This document shows, in pieces, positions 26,210-38,100 of a stretch of 64,000 nucleotides of DNA (positions within the stretch are counted from its first letter, which is position 1; every line of letters begins with the position of its first letter). The stretch is from Macrostomum lignano. Lineage: Eukaryota. Where the stretch lies: NCBI GenBank assembly GCA_002269645.1, contig NIVC01001283.1, forward strand, positions 186,001 to 250,000, given 5' to 3'. A program made the translations under genes and the position numbers. The notes under the pieces were generated by a model. It worked only from the letters and a program-made list of their open reading frames with translations. It did no database searches and was not told where the DNA came from.

Positions 26210-27388
26210 ATGGACTCCGACAAGTGTTCCGAGAACGACGCCTCTGGTAAATCCGAAGAACCGATGCCGAGGAAAAGCAGCACAGTGTCGCTCGGTGTCG
26301 ACGTTCCTCCTGATTGCACCATTGACTTAGCGGAGTTGGTGAAGCGGCTGCTCAGCTTCCAGCCTCCCAACGATGACTACTCTGTGCACCCAGAGCTGAC
26401 CGCACAGGACTGCCTCATCGTGTGCCACATGGCGATCAAGTACCTGAGCAGCAGCACCAGCGTCTGTGTACAAACGGACTCGCCCATCAACATTGTCGGC
26501 GACCTTCATGGCCAGTTCCACGACCTGCTGCGCTTCTTTGACCAGCTGGGCCAGCCGCCTCAGGCCAAGTTCCTGTTTCTGGGCGACTACGTGAACAAGG
26601 GCAAGTTCTCTCTGGAGGTGATTGTTCTGCTGCTGAGCCTGATGCTGATGTACCCAGACTCGGTCGTGCTGCTCCGCGGCAGCTCCGAGTGCGCCAGCAA
26701 ATGCAGTCACTACGGCTTCAAGGACGAGTTGATTGGCCGCTTCGGTGCCAACAGCGGCACCTCGGTGTTTGTCGGCTTCCTCCGCTGCTTCCAGTGGCTA
26801 CCGCTGGCCGCCATCGTAGGCGGGAAGCTGCTGTGCTGCCACGGCGGAGTGTCGCCGAGCTTCGAGCTGGAGCCGTTCGCGTCCGGTCAGCCGGAGACCA
26901 ACGCCGACTTGCTGAACAATAAGATCGAGCGGCCGTTCGAGCTGCAACAGTTCGGCCTGGCGTGCGACCTGCTGTGCTCGGACCCGATGAAGTCGCCAGC
27001 TCGGGACAACTTCGAGGTCTCCGTGCCGGAGGGAGAGCGGCTGAAGCTCAACTGGGTGACGCGCGGACGCAGCTGCTCCTATCACTTCTCTAAGGAGGCT
27101 CTGTCGGAAGTGCTAAGGATTCTAAACTTGTCTCTACTGATTCGGGGCAAGTGTCACGGCCCTGATGGCTTCAACGTGCTTTTGGACCGCCGCTGCGTCG
27201 CCCTAATCAGCTCCACCGACTACCTGGGCCAGAAAAAGAACAACGCCTCCGTGCTGCAGATTGACAGCAGCAACATCAACACGAGGAAGCCGGGCGCGTT
27301 CTTCGTTCTGTGCCCAGTCAAAGCTGCGGCGAAGCACCTGCAGCATCTCTGGCAGAGTGCTGGCGAGATTGCCGGTGAAAAGAAATGA
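26210..27388 (+). CDS. Intronless PPP-family (PP1-like) Ser/Thr phosphatase homolog A, predicted catalytically impaired, 392 aa
   Basis: First ATG at 26210 in ORF 26075-27388. Motifs GDLHGQ, FLGDYVNKG, LLRGSSE, CCHGG, CSDP. Confidence 0.88.
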   Translation: MDSDKCSENDASGKSEEPMPRKSSTVSLGVDVPPDCTIDLAELVKRLLSFQPPNDDYSVHPELTAQDCLIVCHMAIKYLSSSTSVCVQTDSPINIVGDLHGQFHDLLRFFDQLGQPPQAKFLFLGDYVNKGKFSLEVIVLLLSLMLMYPDSVVLLRGSSECASKCSHYGFKDELIGRFGANSGTSVFVGFLRCFQWLPLAAIVGGKLLCCHGGVSPSFELEPFASGQPETNADLLNNKIERPFELQQFGLACDLLCSDPMKSPARDNFEVSVPEGERLKLNWVTRGRSCSYHFSKEALSEVLRILNLSLLIRGKCHGPDGFNVLLDRRCVALISSTDYLGQKKNNASVLQIDSSNINTRKPGAFFVLCPVKAAAKHLQHLWQSAGEIAGEKK

Positions 27389-28144
27389 AGCGACACTCCG
27401 TTATTGCATTTATTTCTGTTTGTATTGAAAAAGAAATTATTTTGAATTCGCATTACATTTTAAGTTACTGGAAGAGATTAAAGATTTACGCAACTCAATC
27501 ACACGGTCCAAAAAAAGACTAAGGATTCTGTTTTCAATGCATGGACTTGGTCATTGTTGTCGAAAAACTTTTCAGCTGGTTGAAAAAACTTGGTAACCTT
27601 AGTCTTTTGAGTTGTTCGATTCAACGCCGCGAGAACGAGCGATCTCAGCTCAAAGTGAGGCCTAAAAGGCACAAAACACACCACCCACCCCAGCGCCGCA
27701 AACCCACCCCCACGGGTGGAGCCAAACAACCCCTCCTAGCCAATCGCAAACGCCGGTTAGCCCACGCCGTACAAGCCGACTAGGCAAACCGGTCATCATA
27801 GATAGTGTTCCGAATCAAGCTAATTCATTTCTGGTGTGAAAGCGTGATCCTCTACATGTATCTTAATTCGAGAAATTCTCTTAAGCTTAGTTGGCGACAC
27901 CACCAAGTAGTCGGAGCTCTCCTTCAAATCAAGGACACGATTGGTACTTGGGTCTGAGTGGATTCAATAGCTAGCGGCTTGTCTTCGCGTTCGCGTTCGC
28001 CTTCGTGTATTCGCGTTCATGCAGGTGAAGATGAATGTACATATGGCCAAGTTTTTTGCCATAGGGTACGAGCATGCTTCTCAACCAGAAACCTTGGGCA
28101 GGTAGTTTTCGGTATGCAGCAGCCTTCGGTGACTTATATTTGGC

Positions 28145-28468
28145 ATGCAGCCTTCCTTCATGCAGCCTTCCTTCATGCAGCCTTCCTTCATGCAGCCTTC
28201 CTTCATGCAGCCTTCCTTCATGCAGCCTTCCTTCATGCAGCCTTCCTTCATGCAGCCTTCCTTCATGCAGCCTTCCTTCATGCAGCCTTCCTTCATGCAG
28301 CCTTCCTTCATGCAGCCTTCCTTCATGCAGCCTTCCTTCATGCAGCCTTCCTTCATGCAGCCTTCCTTCATGCAGCCTTCCTTCATGCAGCCTTCCTTCA
28401 TGCAACCAATTCCTTCATGCAGCCTTCCTTCATGCAGCCTTCCTTCATGCAGCCTTCCTTCATGCAAC
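28145..28468. repeat. 15-bp minisatellite CATGCAGCCTTCCTT
   Basis: About 21 tandem copies. Confidence 0.97.
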
Positions 28469-30272
28469 CTTCGGCACTTACTTGTACATCTTTTTTTTCT
28501 GTTTGTACATCAGCCTGGTGATTTTATTGCATGATTGATGCCAGTACAGCACAAGAAGCCTTAGGGATCGAGCAGCATTGCAAAAAAATGTAAGTTGGTT
28601 AATTTTAACTTTGGTCTTTTAGCTGCCGTCGGCATATTTTATGTAATCATGTCGTTTAGATGTAATGTGTTGACGTTGTTCAGCTAGGGCTTTCGACCTT
28701 TTACAGACTATATACTCGTAGCGAATGTTAAACTGCGGACCAAGCCTCATCGGAGAAAATGGATTTACAGAATAGTCTGAAAAGCTGACAATGCAATTCT
28801 AGTTGTTGGGGGTCGGTTGGTCTCTACTTTAGATTTTCTGAGTACAGAGAATAAGTTCTTACGTAATGGTACTTTCCTAGTGCTGTTGATCGAACAACAC
28901 ATCAAAATGATAATGGCAATCAAGAAAACTCGAGCACATGCATAGAGTGTGGTAAATGAAAGTTACTTCCGTTTATACTTATTTATTTTTTTGGTCTGAA
29001 GCAAAAGCAGAGGAATCGTCTCTTGGCCGAGGCGAAACCGAGGCCTGGATGCGAGTCCGAAGCTTATGCTTCAGACCAAAGACAAAAATAAACGGAAATA
29101 ATATATTTATACCCCGTTTGGCCATATTAACACTGTACATTTAACCATAGAGAAATTTTGATTTGATGCCGTTCACAAAAACGACTGTGTTGGGTAGTTA
29201 AGAGTGAGTAGTTGTCTCTATCTCTACTAAACCTTCTCTGTGACGTTTTCGACTAATTTGCTGCATGAGTGATGTCGATAGCGTCAGCTTTGAATTACTT
29301 AGTCTTGCTGAAGTCGAAGCTGTCTAAAGTGACTTGCCATTGGCACCCGCAACCGACTATCCGAGTTTGAGCAAGCGCGATCTCAACTACGTTCTTAAGT
29401 GCTTTATCTTAGAGATCCGAAATTAACGTGGTGATTGCTATGGCGCTTCTACATTGAAGGAATAGTTTCAGCATGCTGCAATACTGAAACTGAACAACAC
29501 TTGTTCAAACACTGCGGAAAGCCATGGAGCCTCTGGAAGGACCGGGGAATTCAATGAGAGCCGACGTCCGAAGAGAAACTCTGCTCGGAAGATGTGATTG
29601 CGATTGGTAGTGATGTCCACGACAACTGGTGAGTTCTGTGATTTGGGGGGGGGTCAATGTGGAGTTGTGCGTGGTGATTGTCTACTTTGATTGAGTTGAT
29701 CTGTTACGACCCATTGACTCACTTTTAACTGTCAAGCCAAAAAAACTGGTTAACAACTGCTCGCTTTTCTAAAACATTATAATCTGTTGCTTGTACATGT
29801 ATTTCTCAAGGACCACTGTCACAAAAACGTATTAGTAGTTAGTAGTTCTAGCCGTTAGCCGTTATCACAAAGTATGTAGTAGTAGTTACTACAGTGGTCC
29901 TTGGTATTTCTTTGAGTACTTTCTTGTGGCTCATTCATTTGTCTTATTTATTTGGATCGTTTATTTGGCGGGGACAAAGAAACGTCTTTTACATTGGACC
30001 ATAGACTTATTCGGCGGGGCCAAAAGGGGTCTAAAAGTTACCCCGTAAATAGGTATATGCCAGATTGACGCTCCAGATCACGGAACCTTCACTCGCACTG
30101 GTGCAAATAAACGATTTGTGCACTTGCTTGCAACTGACGAAGGACTGGCCATAGACATCGGCACCAGTGGGGCATACCTAAAGTAGCAAGCAACGGTGGC
30201 CATTGGTTTTCGTTGAACTCATTCAGAACCAGCTATTAGCTGAATATCAGAGTCAGTCCAATTATCACAAAG

Positions 30273-31451
30273 ATGGCAGCGGCAGACGCACAGGCTTGCA
30301 CGCCTGGTTGCGCCAAGATGCAGAGCGCCGAGAGTTCCGCCACTCAGGCACCAATGCTAGAAAATAGAAGCAACGCCTCTGCTGTTGTCATGGACCATGC
30401 TGACTTAGCGGAGCTGGTGAAGCGGCTGCTCAGCTTCCAGGCGCCCAACGATGACTACTCGGTGCACCCAGAGCTGACCGCACAGGACTGCCTCGTCGTG
30501 TGCCACATGGCGATCAAGTACCTGAGCAGCAGCACCAGCGTCTGTGTACAAACGGACTCGCCCATCAACATTGTCGGCGACCTTCATGGCCAGTTCCACG
30601 ACCTGCTGCGCTTCTTTGACCAGCTGGGCCAGCCGCCTCAGGCCAAGTTCCTGTTTCTGGGCGACTACGTGAACAAGGGCAAGTTCTCTCTGGAGGTGAT
30701 TGTTCTGCTGCTGAGCCTGATGCTGATGTACCCAGACTCGGTCGTGCTGCTCCGCGGCAGCTCCGATTGCGCCAGCAAATGCAGTCACTACGGCTTCAAG
30801 GACGAGTTGATTGGCCGCTTCGGTGCCAACAGCGGCACCTCGGTGCTTGTCGGCTTCCTCCGCTGCTTCCAGTGGCTACCGCTGGCCGCCATCGTAGGCG
30901 GGAAGCTGCTGTGCTGCCACGGCGGAGTGTCGCCGAGCTTCGAGCTGGAGCCGTTCGCGTCCGGTCAGCCGGAGACCAACGCCGACTTGCTGAACAAGAT
31001 CGAGCGGCCGTTCGAGCTGCAACAGTTCGGCCTGGCGTGCGACCTGCTGTGCTCGGACCCGATGAAGTCGCCAGCTCGGGACAACTTCGAGGTCTCCGTG
31101 CCGGAGGGAGAGCGGCTGAAGCTCAACTGGGTGACGCGCGGACGCAGCTGCTCCTATCACTTCTCTAAGGAGGCTCTGTGCTCCTCACTGAGATCTGTGA
31201 ATGCCGCTCTGCTGGTCCGTGGACGTGAGATCGCTAACGAAGGCTTCGCTCTGCGGCACGACCGTCTCTGCATCACCCTGTGCAGTGCGCCAGGGTACCA
31301 CGGCACGCGCGGTAACAAGGGAGCCGCGCTGCAGATCGAAGACAGAGAAGTTAATTTAGACAGACCCGGATCGTTTTTCGTTTTGACACCCAGATCTGAG
31401 CTGCTGTCGGAAAAGAACAGAAGCTTTCTGTATTGGCATTCCACCGCCTAG
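30273..31451 (+). CDS. Intronless PPP-family (PP1-like) phosphatase homolog B, predicted catalytically impaired, 392 aa
   Basis: Motifs GDLHGQ, FLGDYVNKG, LLRGSSD, CCHGG, CSAPGY...NKGA. Core nearly identical to homolog A. Confidence 0.88.
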   Translation: MAAADAQACTPGCAKMQSAESSATQAPMLENRSNASAVVMDHADLAELVKRLLSFQAPNDDYSVHPELTAQDCLVVCHMAIKYLSSSTSVCVQTDSPINIVGDLHGQFHDLLRFFDQLGQPPQAKFLFLGDYVNKGKFSLEVIVLLLSLMLMYPDSVVLLRGSSDCASKCSHYGFKDELIGRFGANSGTSVLVGFLRCFQWLPLAAIVGGKLLCCHGGVSPSFELEPFASGQPETNADLLNKIERPFELQQFGLACDLLCSDPMKSPARDNFEVSVPEGERLKLNWVTRGRSCSYHFSKEALCSSLRSVNAALLVRGREIANEGFALRHDRLCITLCSAPGYHGTRGNKGAALQIEDREVNLDRPGSFFVLTPRSELLSEKNRSFLYWHSTA

Positions 31452-32526
31452 GAGTTCAATACAGCGCCGTGGCTCAGCGACTATGATGCTTGTACTTGAC
31501 GCTGGCCTTAGGATCGTGAATTAATTTCCTTGAAGATTTTCGATTTTGGTCGATTTTTAACCCTTTTACATGTGGGTTCTTTCGGGTTTGCTGCCAGGCA
31601 GATTGTGCCGAGCGCCGAGCTGGAGCTACTGCCATGTGCAATGAATTTACGAGTATGTATCATATGTACCGTTGTTCATTGTACATGCATTTATACATGT
31701 AAGATCAGTATTCACGTGGACCCTCTCAAATCAGAAACGGAAAAAGCGCTCAGTTAATAATGCTTCTGTAAATGACGTAAAATTAAGATTTTGTGCATGA
31801 AAACATCCAAAAATGAGGACAGGTATCTCTCCGACAGAATTAGTGCGCAAATAAATTCTAGCTCAGTATTGACTTTGAGTGACGCAACTTGCGCCACGCG
31901 ACGCAGAGTTGGGCTGGGTGAGGAGGGATTGGGAAGAGCGGAGGGCGAAGATTGGATGGGATTGAAGCTTCCGCACGGTGTACAAACCCGGTGTGTAGTC
32001 TGTAATTTATTGATCGACTCACAGTTTCTACACCCGGTAAGTCATTCAACACAGAGACAGCGCTTTAATCGCACCCGCCGGAAAAATCACAACAATTCCT
32101 GTCTGCGGTTGCTAAGGCGCAGCAGGAAAGCGTCGTTCACTTTCGACTTGTGCTCGTCGATTCGGTGTCTTTCGACATCGAAAACATTCGTATACATTAT
32201 ACATGCACCGACGGCACACAGTCGAAGCGAGTCATCATACGAATGACGGACCCGCGCGACTTGACGCCCAAGACAATCATTCGACAGTTAGTAGGATGCA
32301 GCAGAGTGTACAAGCCATGACCGCGATCAACTGTCTAATGGTGTGCAGATACAATAGAGGGCCATTCCAGACTCACTTGATGCACACCGGTTCAGAAGCT
32401 GACGATGCCTCTCATTGCCGCCCAGGGTGCCGGTCGTTGGTTTTATGCTATTTGCGACAACAAATTCGTGGCAGCATCCGCGGAGTAAAGTATCTAGATG
32501 ACACTTTAGCCGGTCTGCATCCTGAA

Positions 32527-32745
32527 CAGGGGGTCGGCCCGCGGCCCACGGGCCACAAACGGCCCTGAAGCCTCTCTTATCCGGCCCTTGGGCCCTTTAA
32601 AGCCGCTCGCTCATGGTTTGTCTCTCCTCTCCTCTCTCTCCTCTCCTCTCTTTTCTCTCCTCTCCCGTCTCCTCTCATCTCATCTCTCATCTCTCATCTC
32701 CTCTTTCCTCTTCTCTCTGATCTATTCCCCACTCCTTTCTCAGCT
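32527..32745 (+). mobile_element. hAT-like (CAGGGG...) MITE end, copy 2, followed by a CT-rich tract
   Basis: CAGGGGGTCGGCCCGCGGCCCACGGGCCACA...AAGCCTCTCTTATCCGGCCCT, typical of Charlie/Buster-type ends. Confidence 0.5.
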
Positions 32746-33307
32746 GGCCCGCAGCTCAGCAATGATCTAGACTCTTTATCTGGCTCTTTATTCTAAGTAC
32801 AATTGCACATGTCCTGTGCCTAAAAACCATTAAAATGACACGGCGATTTTATGAATCTATTTTGTCATTCGTACTTGTTAGCTGACTGCGTAACAAATCT
32901 GTAACAGAGACGATAAAATAGATTCATAAAACCAAAGATTTAGATTTTTAGGTACAGGAAATATTCGTAGAATAGAAGATTGACAAAGAATTCTAATTTT
33001 CTAAACAAAAAGCTCTATGAATATCAATATAAGAAAGGCACAATATATCAAAAGATAAACATTGGGTCTGCCTCCCATCGAAATCAATAACAATGTTTGT
33101 GTTGAAAAAATGAAAACTTCCTATCTCCGTAGTCTAATTTTCGGCGAAAACCAGCCTTCTTAACTTTTCCTAAGACACGTAGTTTCTCGTCGATTATTCT
33201 ACTTTGAGTAGTCATGGATCAGAAGAAGCGCTGTATACGGCATAGTCTATGGGCAAAGTTTTCGTTGTTGCGACCGTTTGACCTTTTTTGCAAGCCCATC
33301 GGTTAAC

Positions 33308-33723
33308 TATTGGTTTTGTCAGCCTAACTGAGAATAAAGCCATCCAAAGTGAGAATCCTGCCTACGCTGACTGCGAAGGGCCTGGCTGCGTGCAGCCTTA
33401 GTCTATGGGCCATAGACAATAAAGGACAAGCAAAGTGATAAAAAGCCATCCAATGTGAGAATCGATTGGTCTATGCGTCGTATTCTTTTATTTTGCTTGT
33501 CCTTTATAGTCTATGGCTCATAGACTAGGCTGCACGCAGCCAGGCCCTTCGTATTCAGCGTAGGCAGGATTCTCACATTGGATGGCTTTTTATCACTTTG
33601 CTTGTCCTTTACAGTCTATGGCTCATAGACTAAGGCTGCACGCAGCCAGGCCCTTCGCAGTCAGCGTAGGCAGGATTCTCACTTTGGATGGCTTTATTCT
33701 CAGCTAGGCTGACAAAACCAATA
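33308..33723. mobile_element. Foldback/palindromic element with ~156-bp inverted arms and modular ~100-bp units
   Basis: 33308-33463 is the near-perfect reverse complement of 33568-33723. The spacer is another copy of the internal unit. Confidence 0.85.
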
Positions 33724-35196
33724 CTATCCGTATCCGATCTAACATGGAAAAGTACAAACTGCGAGTCAGCAACCTAGCGGCCGTTTGACCAATAAGCTGG
33801 GGTCTGCTAGTCTTTTGCACATGGTCCATCGATAAAATCAACAGGAAGTTTAAATCTGTCTGTCTCGCCTGTCTGTCCGTTTCTAATTTATTCGAATTTC
33901 GCTATACCCCCTGGCCATGACACAAAAAGGATTCGGCAAGGCCGAATCGGATTCTCGGAAAGTGCACACATATTCTATACATCTACTGCATTGACTGTTA
34001 TTTAAATTTAGATTTATGGTAAAATGAGTTTTACAGCTGCCGTCGAATCAATGGATGAATTAATTGATTAGAATTACTCAATGAATACATGACTAAAATA
34101 ATTTTTATGTAATAGTCTAACAGGGCAACGGTTGAATTTATTGTTATTTATAGATTACATGCATCGTCGACAGTCGTCAGTAAGGGGGCAGATACGCCGA
34201 CTGATTTACTAAGCATTTAATGTACTCGTATATATTTGTACAGACATCCACGCTGTGCATCATCTGGAGGTTTTATAAAGTTACCGTGTACTTTATTCGT
34301 ATTTTCACGTATTTTATTCGTATTATTCGTATTTTGTGATTAAAGTTGGGATCACACAAAGGCCGAAGCAAACTGAAATAGGTTATTAATAAATGTAAGA
34401 AAAAAATAGTTTAAAGTCCTCTTTCTTGCAAGCACCGAGATAAAATGAGGACATTTAAATTCTTCGGCTTAAAATACTTAAACAAAATAATAAAGCAGTG
34501 GAAGAAAAAATTATTAGACAGAAAAAATCTAAGGAAGAAAAAGATTAATAGTTTAGACAGAAATAGCTTTTGTCTTTTATTGTACCTCTTGATTTCTGTG
34601 AAGGGTTTACATATCCAAGTTTTAAGTTACTCTTTCTGCAATAATTTTTCTCAGTGTGCCAAAATAGCGTAATCGCACGGAGTCAAAGTGCGTCTATCTA
34701 GAACTATATTGACATAGGAAGTAAATATAATTATTAATATACGTCCAGATGGTTGTGGGCTTATAATATTTTCACAATAGTTCTGTAAGAGTTCTGTAAA
34801 TGAGTGAGTTATATGCAGGAATTACATTGAGTCCAATATTTTGGGTAAGTCGCGATTGAAATCGAACAAGCAACCTTAATTAACCGCTAATTTTGTGCAA
34901 TTTTACTTCAATCGATAATATTTTTCATAATTGACGCATGGATAAATTTTCCTTTACATTTAAAGCAAATTTAATGATTTCTCCACTTTACAAGCATAAT
35001 TTGTAATTTTATCTTATGTAATCGTTTTTAGTCATTAAAAACATTGTCAGATTAATCGTCATTAGTAAAGTTAGTAAAATTAGTAAAACTAGTAAAATAT
35101 GATAAAAAAGAAACTTTTTTATAGCAATATCTTGCAGTTTTGAAAATTTCATTATAAAATACTTATCAGTTCACTATTCATATTAAATATTTACAG

Positions 35197-38100
35197 GCAT
35201 CTTTAATTGGTGGTCTACTAGCGTTTCTACTTTTATGTCTGATTATCTGTTTGGTATGCCAAAAGTGCATATTAAATCGGTAAGAACCTTGGGCCTAATC
35301 CATGTTCTTGATATCCATTTACTCAGTATTTCAAATCATAGGACTTTGGTACTTTTCATTGTCTTAAGCTATCACTATGTTATAGAAGCTTACTGATGTG
35401 ATTCAGTAAACTCAATACAATTGCCTTTCTTGTCTGCTCTAATAATCTACCTACCCTCCCCTGTCTCCAGTGTCTACCCACCCTCCCCACCCTCCCGTGT
35501 CTATACCCATCCTCCCCACCCTCCCCACCCTCCCGTATCTACCCACCCTCCCCTGTCTGCAGTGTCTACCCACCCTCCCCACCCTCCCGTGTCTACCCAC
35601 CCTCCCCTGTCTCCAGTGTCTACCCACCCTCCCCACCCTCCCGTGTCTACCCACCCTCCCCTGTCTCCAGTGTCTACCCACCCTCCCTTGTCTACCCACC
35701 CTCCCCTGTCTACCCACCCTCCCCTGTCTACCCACCCTCCCCTGTCTACCCACCCTCCCTGTCTACCCACCCTCCCCTGTCTACCCACCCTCCCCCTGTC
35801 TTCCCCATGTTTCTTTTGTTTACCCACTCCCCTGTCTACCCACCCACCCCTGTCTACCCACCCTCTCCTTGCTTACCCACCCTACCCGTCTACCCACCCC
35901 ACCCGTCTACCCACCCCTCTGTCTTCCCATGTCTCTTTTATCTACCCAGCTTCCCCACTTTCTAGCTTCCTGTTCATCGCCCCTAAATCAATCAATTTTC
36001 AATTTCCCCCACCCGCCAGCCGGAGCGGATACTCGCAGCTGGAGAACGGGTCCAGCAGCCTGGACACGTCCGGCACCCTGGAGATCATGAACGCCAGCAT
36101 CAAGGAGGAGAGCGAACAGATCAGGCATTCGGCATTTCTAATGCTGCAATTTCACTTGAGAAATGGCCGCCAGTGGATAGTGAAGGACCACCTTAGCCAG
36201 CTGGGCACTAGAAGATCCTGGAACTGGTTCAGCGTCACTTCAGCTGGCGGTGACCGCTTCTGCCTGCTGCTGCTCAGCCCCTACGTGTCCGACCCGGCCC
36301 TCTGCCCGCTGCCTCTCAAGCAGAAGAGCTTCGCCTGCGTCAGGCAGTGGCTGGAAGGACTGCGGGTGACTGCATGGGCGGCACCCTCATTTGGGAGTGC
36401 TGATCAGAGTGACACCCTCCCTGAGGAATTCAGTGACTGCACCCTCCTTTAGCAATTGAGTGACTCCCTCCCTGAGGAATTGATTGACAACCTCCCTGAG
36501 GAATTGAGTGACACCCTCTCTGAGGAATTGAGTGACAACCTCCCTGAGGAATTGAGTGACACCCTCTCTGAGGAATTGAGTGACTCCCTCCCTGAGGAAT
36601 TGATTGACAACCTCCCTGAGGAATTGAGTGACACCCTCTCTGAGGAATTGAGTGACAACCTCCCTGAGGAATTGAGTGACACCCTCCCTGAGGAATTGGG
36701 TGACACCCTCCCTGAGGAATTGAGTGACACTCTCCCTGAGGAATTGAGTGACACCCTCCCTGAGGAATTGAGTGACACCCTCCCTGAGGAATTGAGTGAT
36801 TCTCTCCCTGAGGAATTGGGTGACACCCTCCCTGAGGAATTGAGTGACACCCTCCCTGAGGAATTGAGTGATTCTCTCCCTGAGGAATTGGGTGACACCC
36901 TCCCTGAGGAATTGAGTGATTCTCTCCCTGAGGAATTGGGTGACACCCTCCCTGAGGAATTGGGTGACACCCTCCCTGAGGAATTGAGTGACACCCTCCC
37001 TGAGGAATTGGGTGACACCCTCCCTGAGGAATTGAGTGACACCCTCCCTGAGGAATTGAGTGACACCCTCCCTGAGGAATTGAGTGATTCTCTCCCTGAG
37101 GAATTGAGTGACACCCTCCCTGAGGAATTGAGTGACACCCTCCCTGAGGAATTGAGTGATTCTCTCCCTGAGGAATTGGGTGACACCCTCCCTGAGGAAT
37201 TGAGTGATTCTCTCCCTGAGGAATTGGGTGACACCCTCCCTGAGGAATTGAGTGACACCCTCCCTGAGGAATTGGGTGACACCCTCCCTGAGGAATTGAG
37301 TGATTCTCTCCCTGAGGAATTGGGTGACACCCTCCCTGAGGAATTGAGTGATTCTCTCCCTGAGGAATTGAGTGATTCTCTCCCTGAGGAATTGGGTGAC
37401 ACCCTCCCTGAGGAATTGAGTGATTCTCTCCCTGAGGAATTGGGTGACACCCTCCCTGAGGAATTGAGTGATTCTCTCCCTGAGGAATTGGGTGACACCC
37501 TCCCTGAGGAATTGAGTGACACCCTCCCTGAGGAATTGAGTGACAACCTCCACGAGGAATTGAGTGATTCCCTCCCTGAGGAATTGAGTGACACCCTCCC
37601 TGAGGAATTGAGTGACAACCTCCCCGAGGAATTGAGTGATTCCCTCCCTGAGGAATTGAGTGACACCCTAACTCTTCTGCTCACCAAAATCGAAATCCCT
37701 GATCTATTCGGTTTCCTTGCAGCACGAATGCCTGCTGCTTGGCCAGCTTGACCTGATTGAGAAGCACTCCCGGTTCCTGCACATTGTGCCCTTCTGTCCG
37801 AAAGGCAGCGTGCGAGACTTCATCTGCCAGGTATGGATTAACCTGCTCTCCGCAGACACCAGACACCCCGCCCTTCCTCCGCAGACAAACCCGCTGTACC
37901 CGCACCAGACACCCCGCCCTTCCTCCGCAGACAAACCCGCTGTACCCGCCCAGACACCCCGCCCTTCCTCCGCAGACAAACCCGCTGTACCCGCACCAGA
38001 CACCCCGCCCTTCCTCCGCAGACAAACCCGCTGTACCCGCACCAGACACCCCGCCCTTCCTCCGCAGACAAACCCGCTGTACCCGCACCAGACACCCCGC

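Noticed and set aside
32430-32520. CYLRQQIRGSIRGVKYLDDTL resembling a DIRS/gypsy RT YLDD motif
   Set aside because: Upstream RT motifs such as LPFG are absent; cannot be told from chance without BLASTX.
36387-37751. SDTLPEEL-type ORFs that resemble LRR or ice-nucleation repeats
   Set aside because: 24-bp intronic minisatellite on the strand opposite the host gene.
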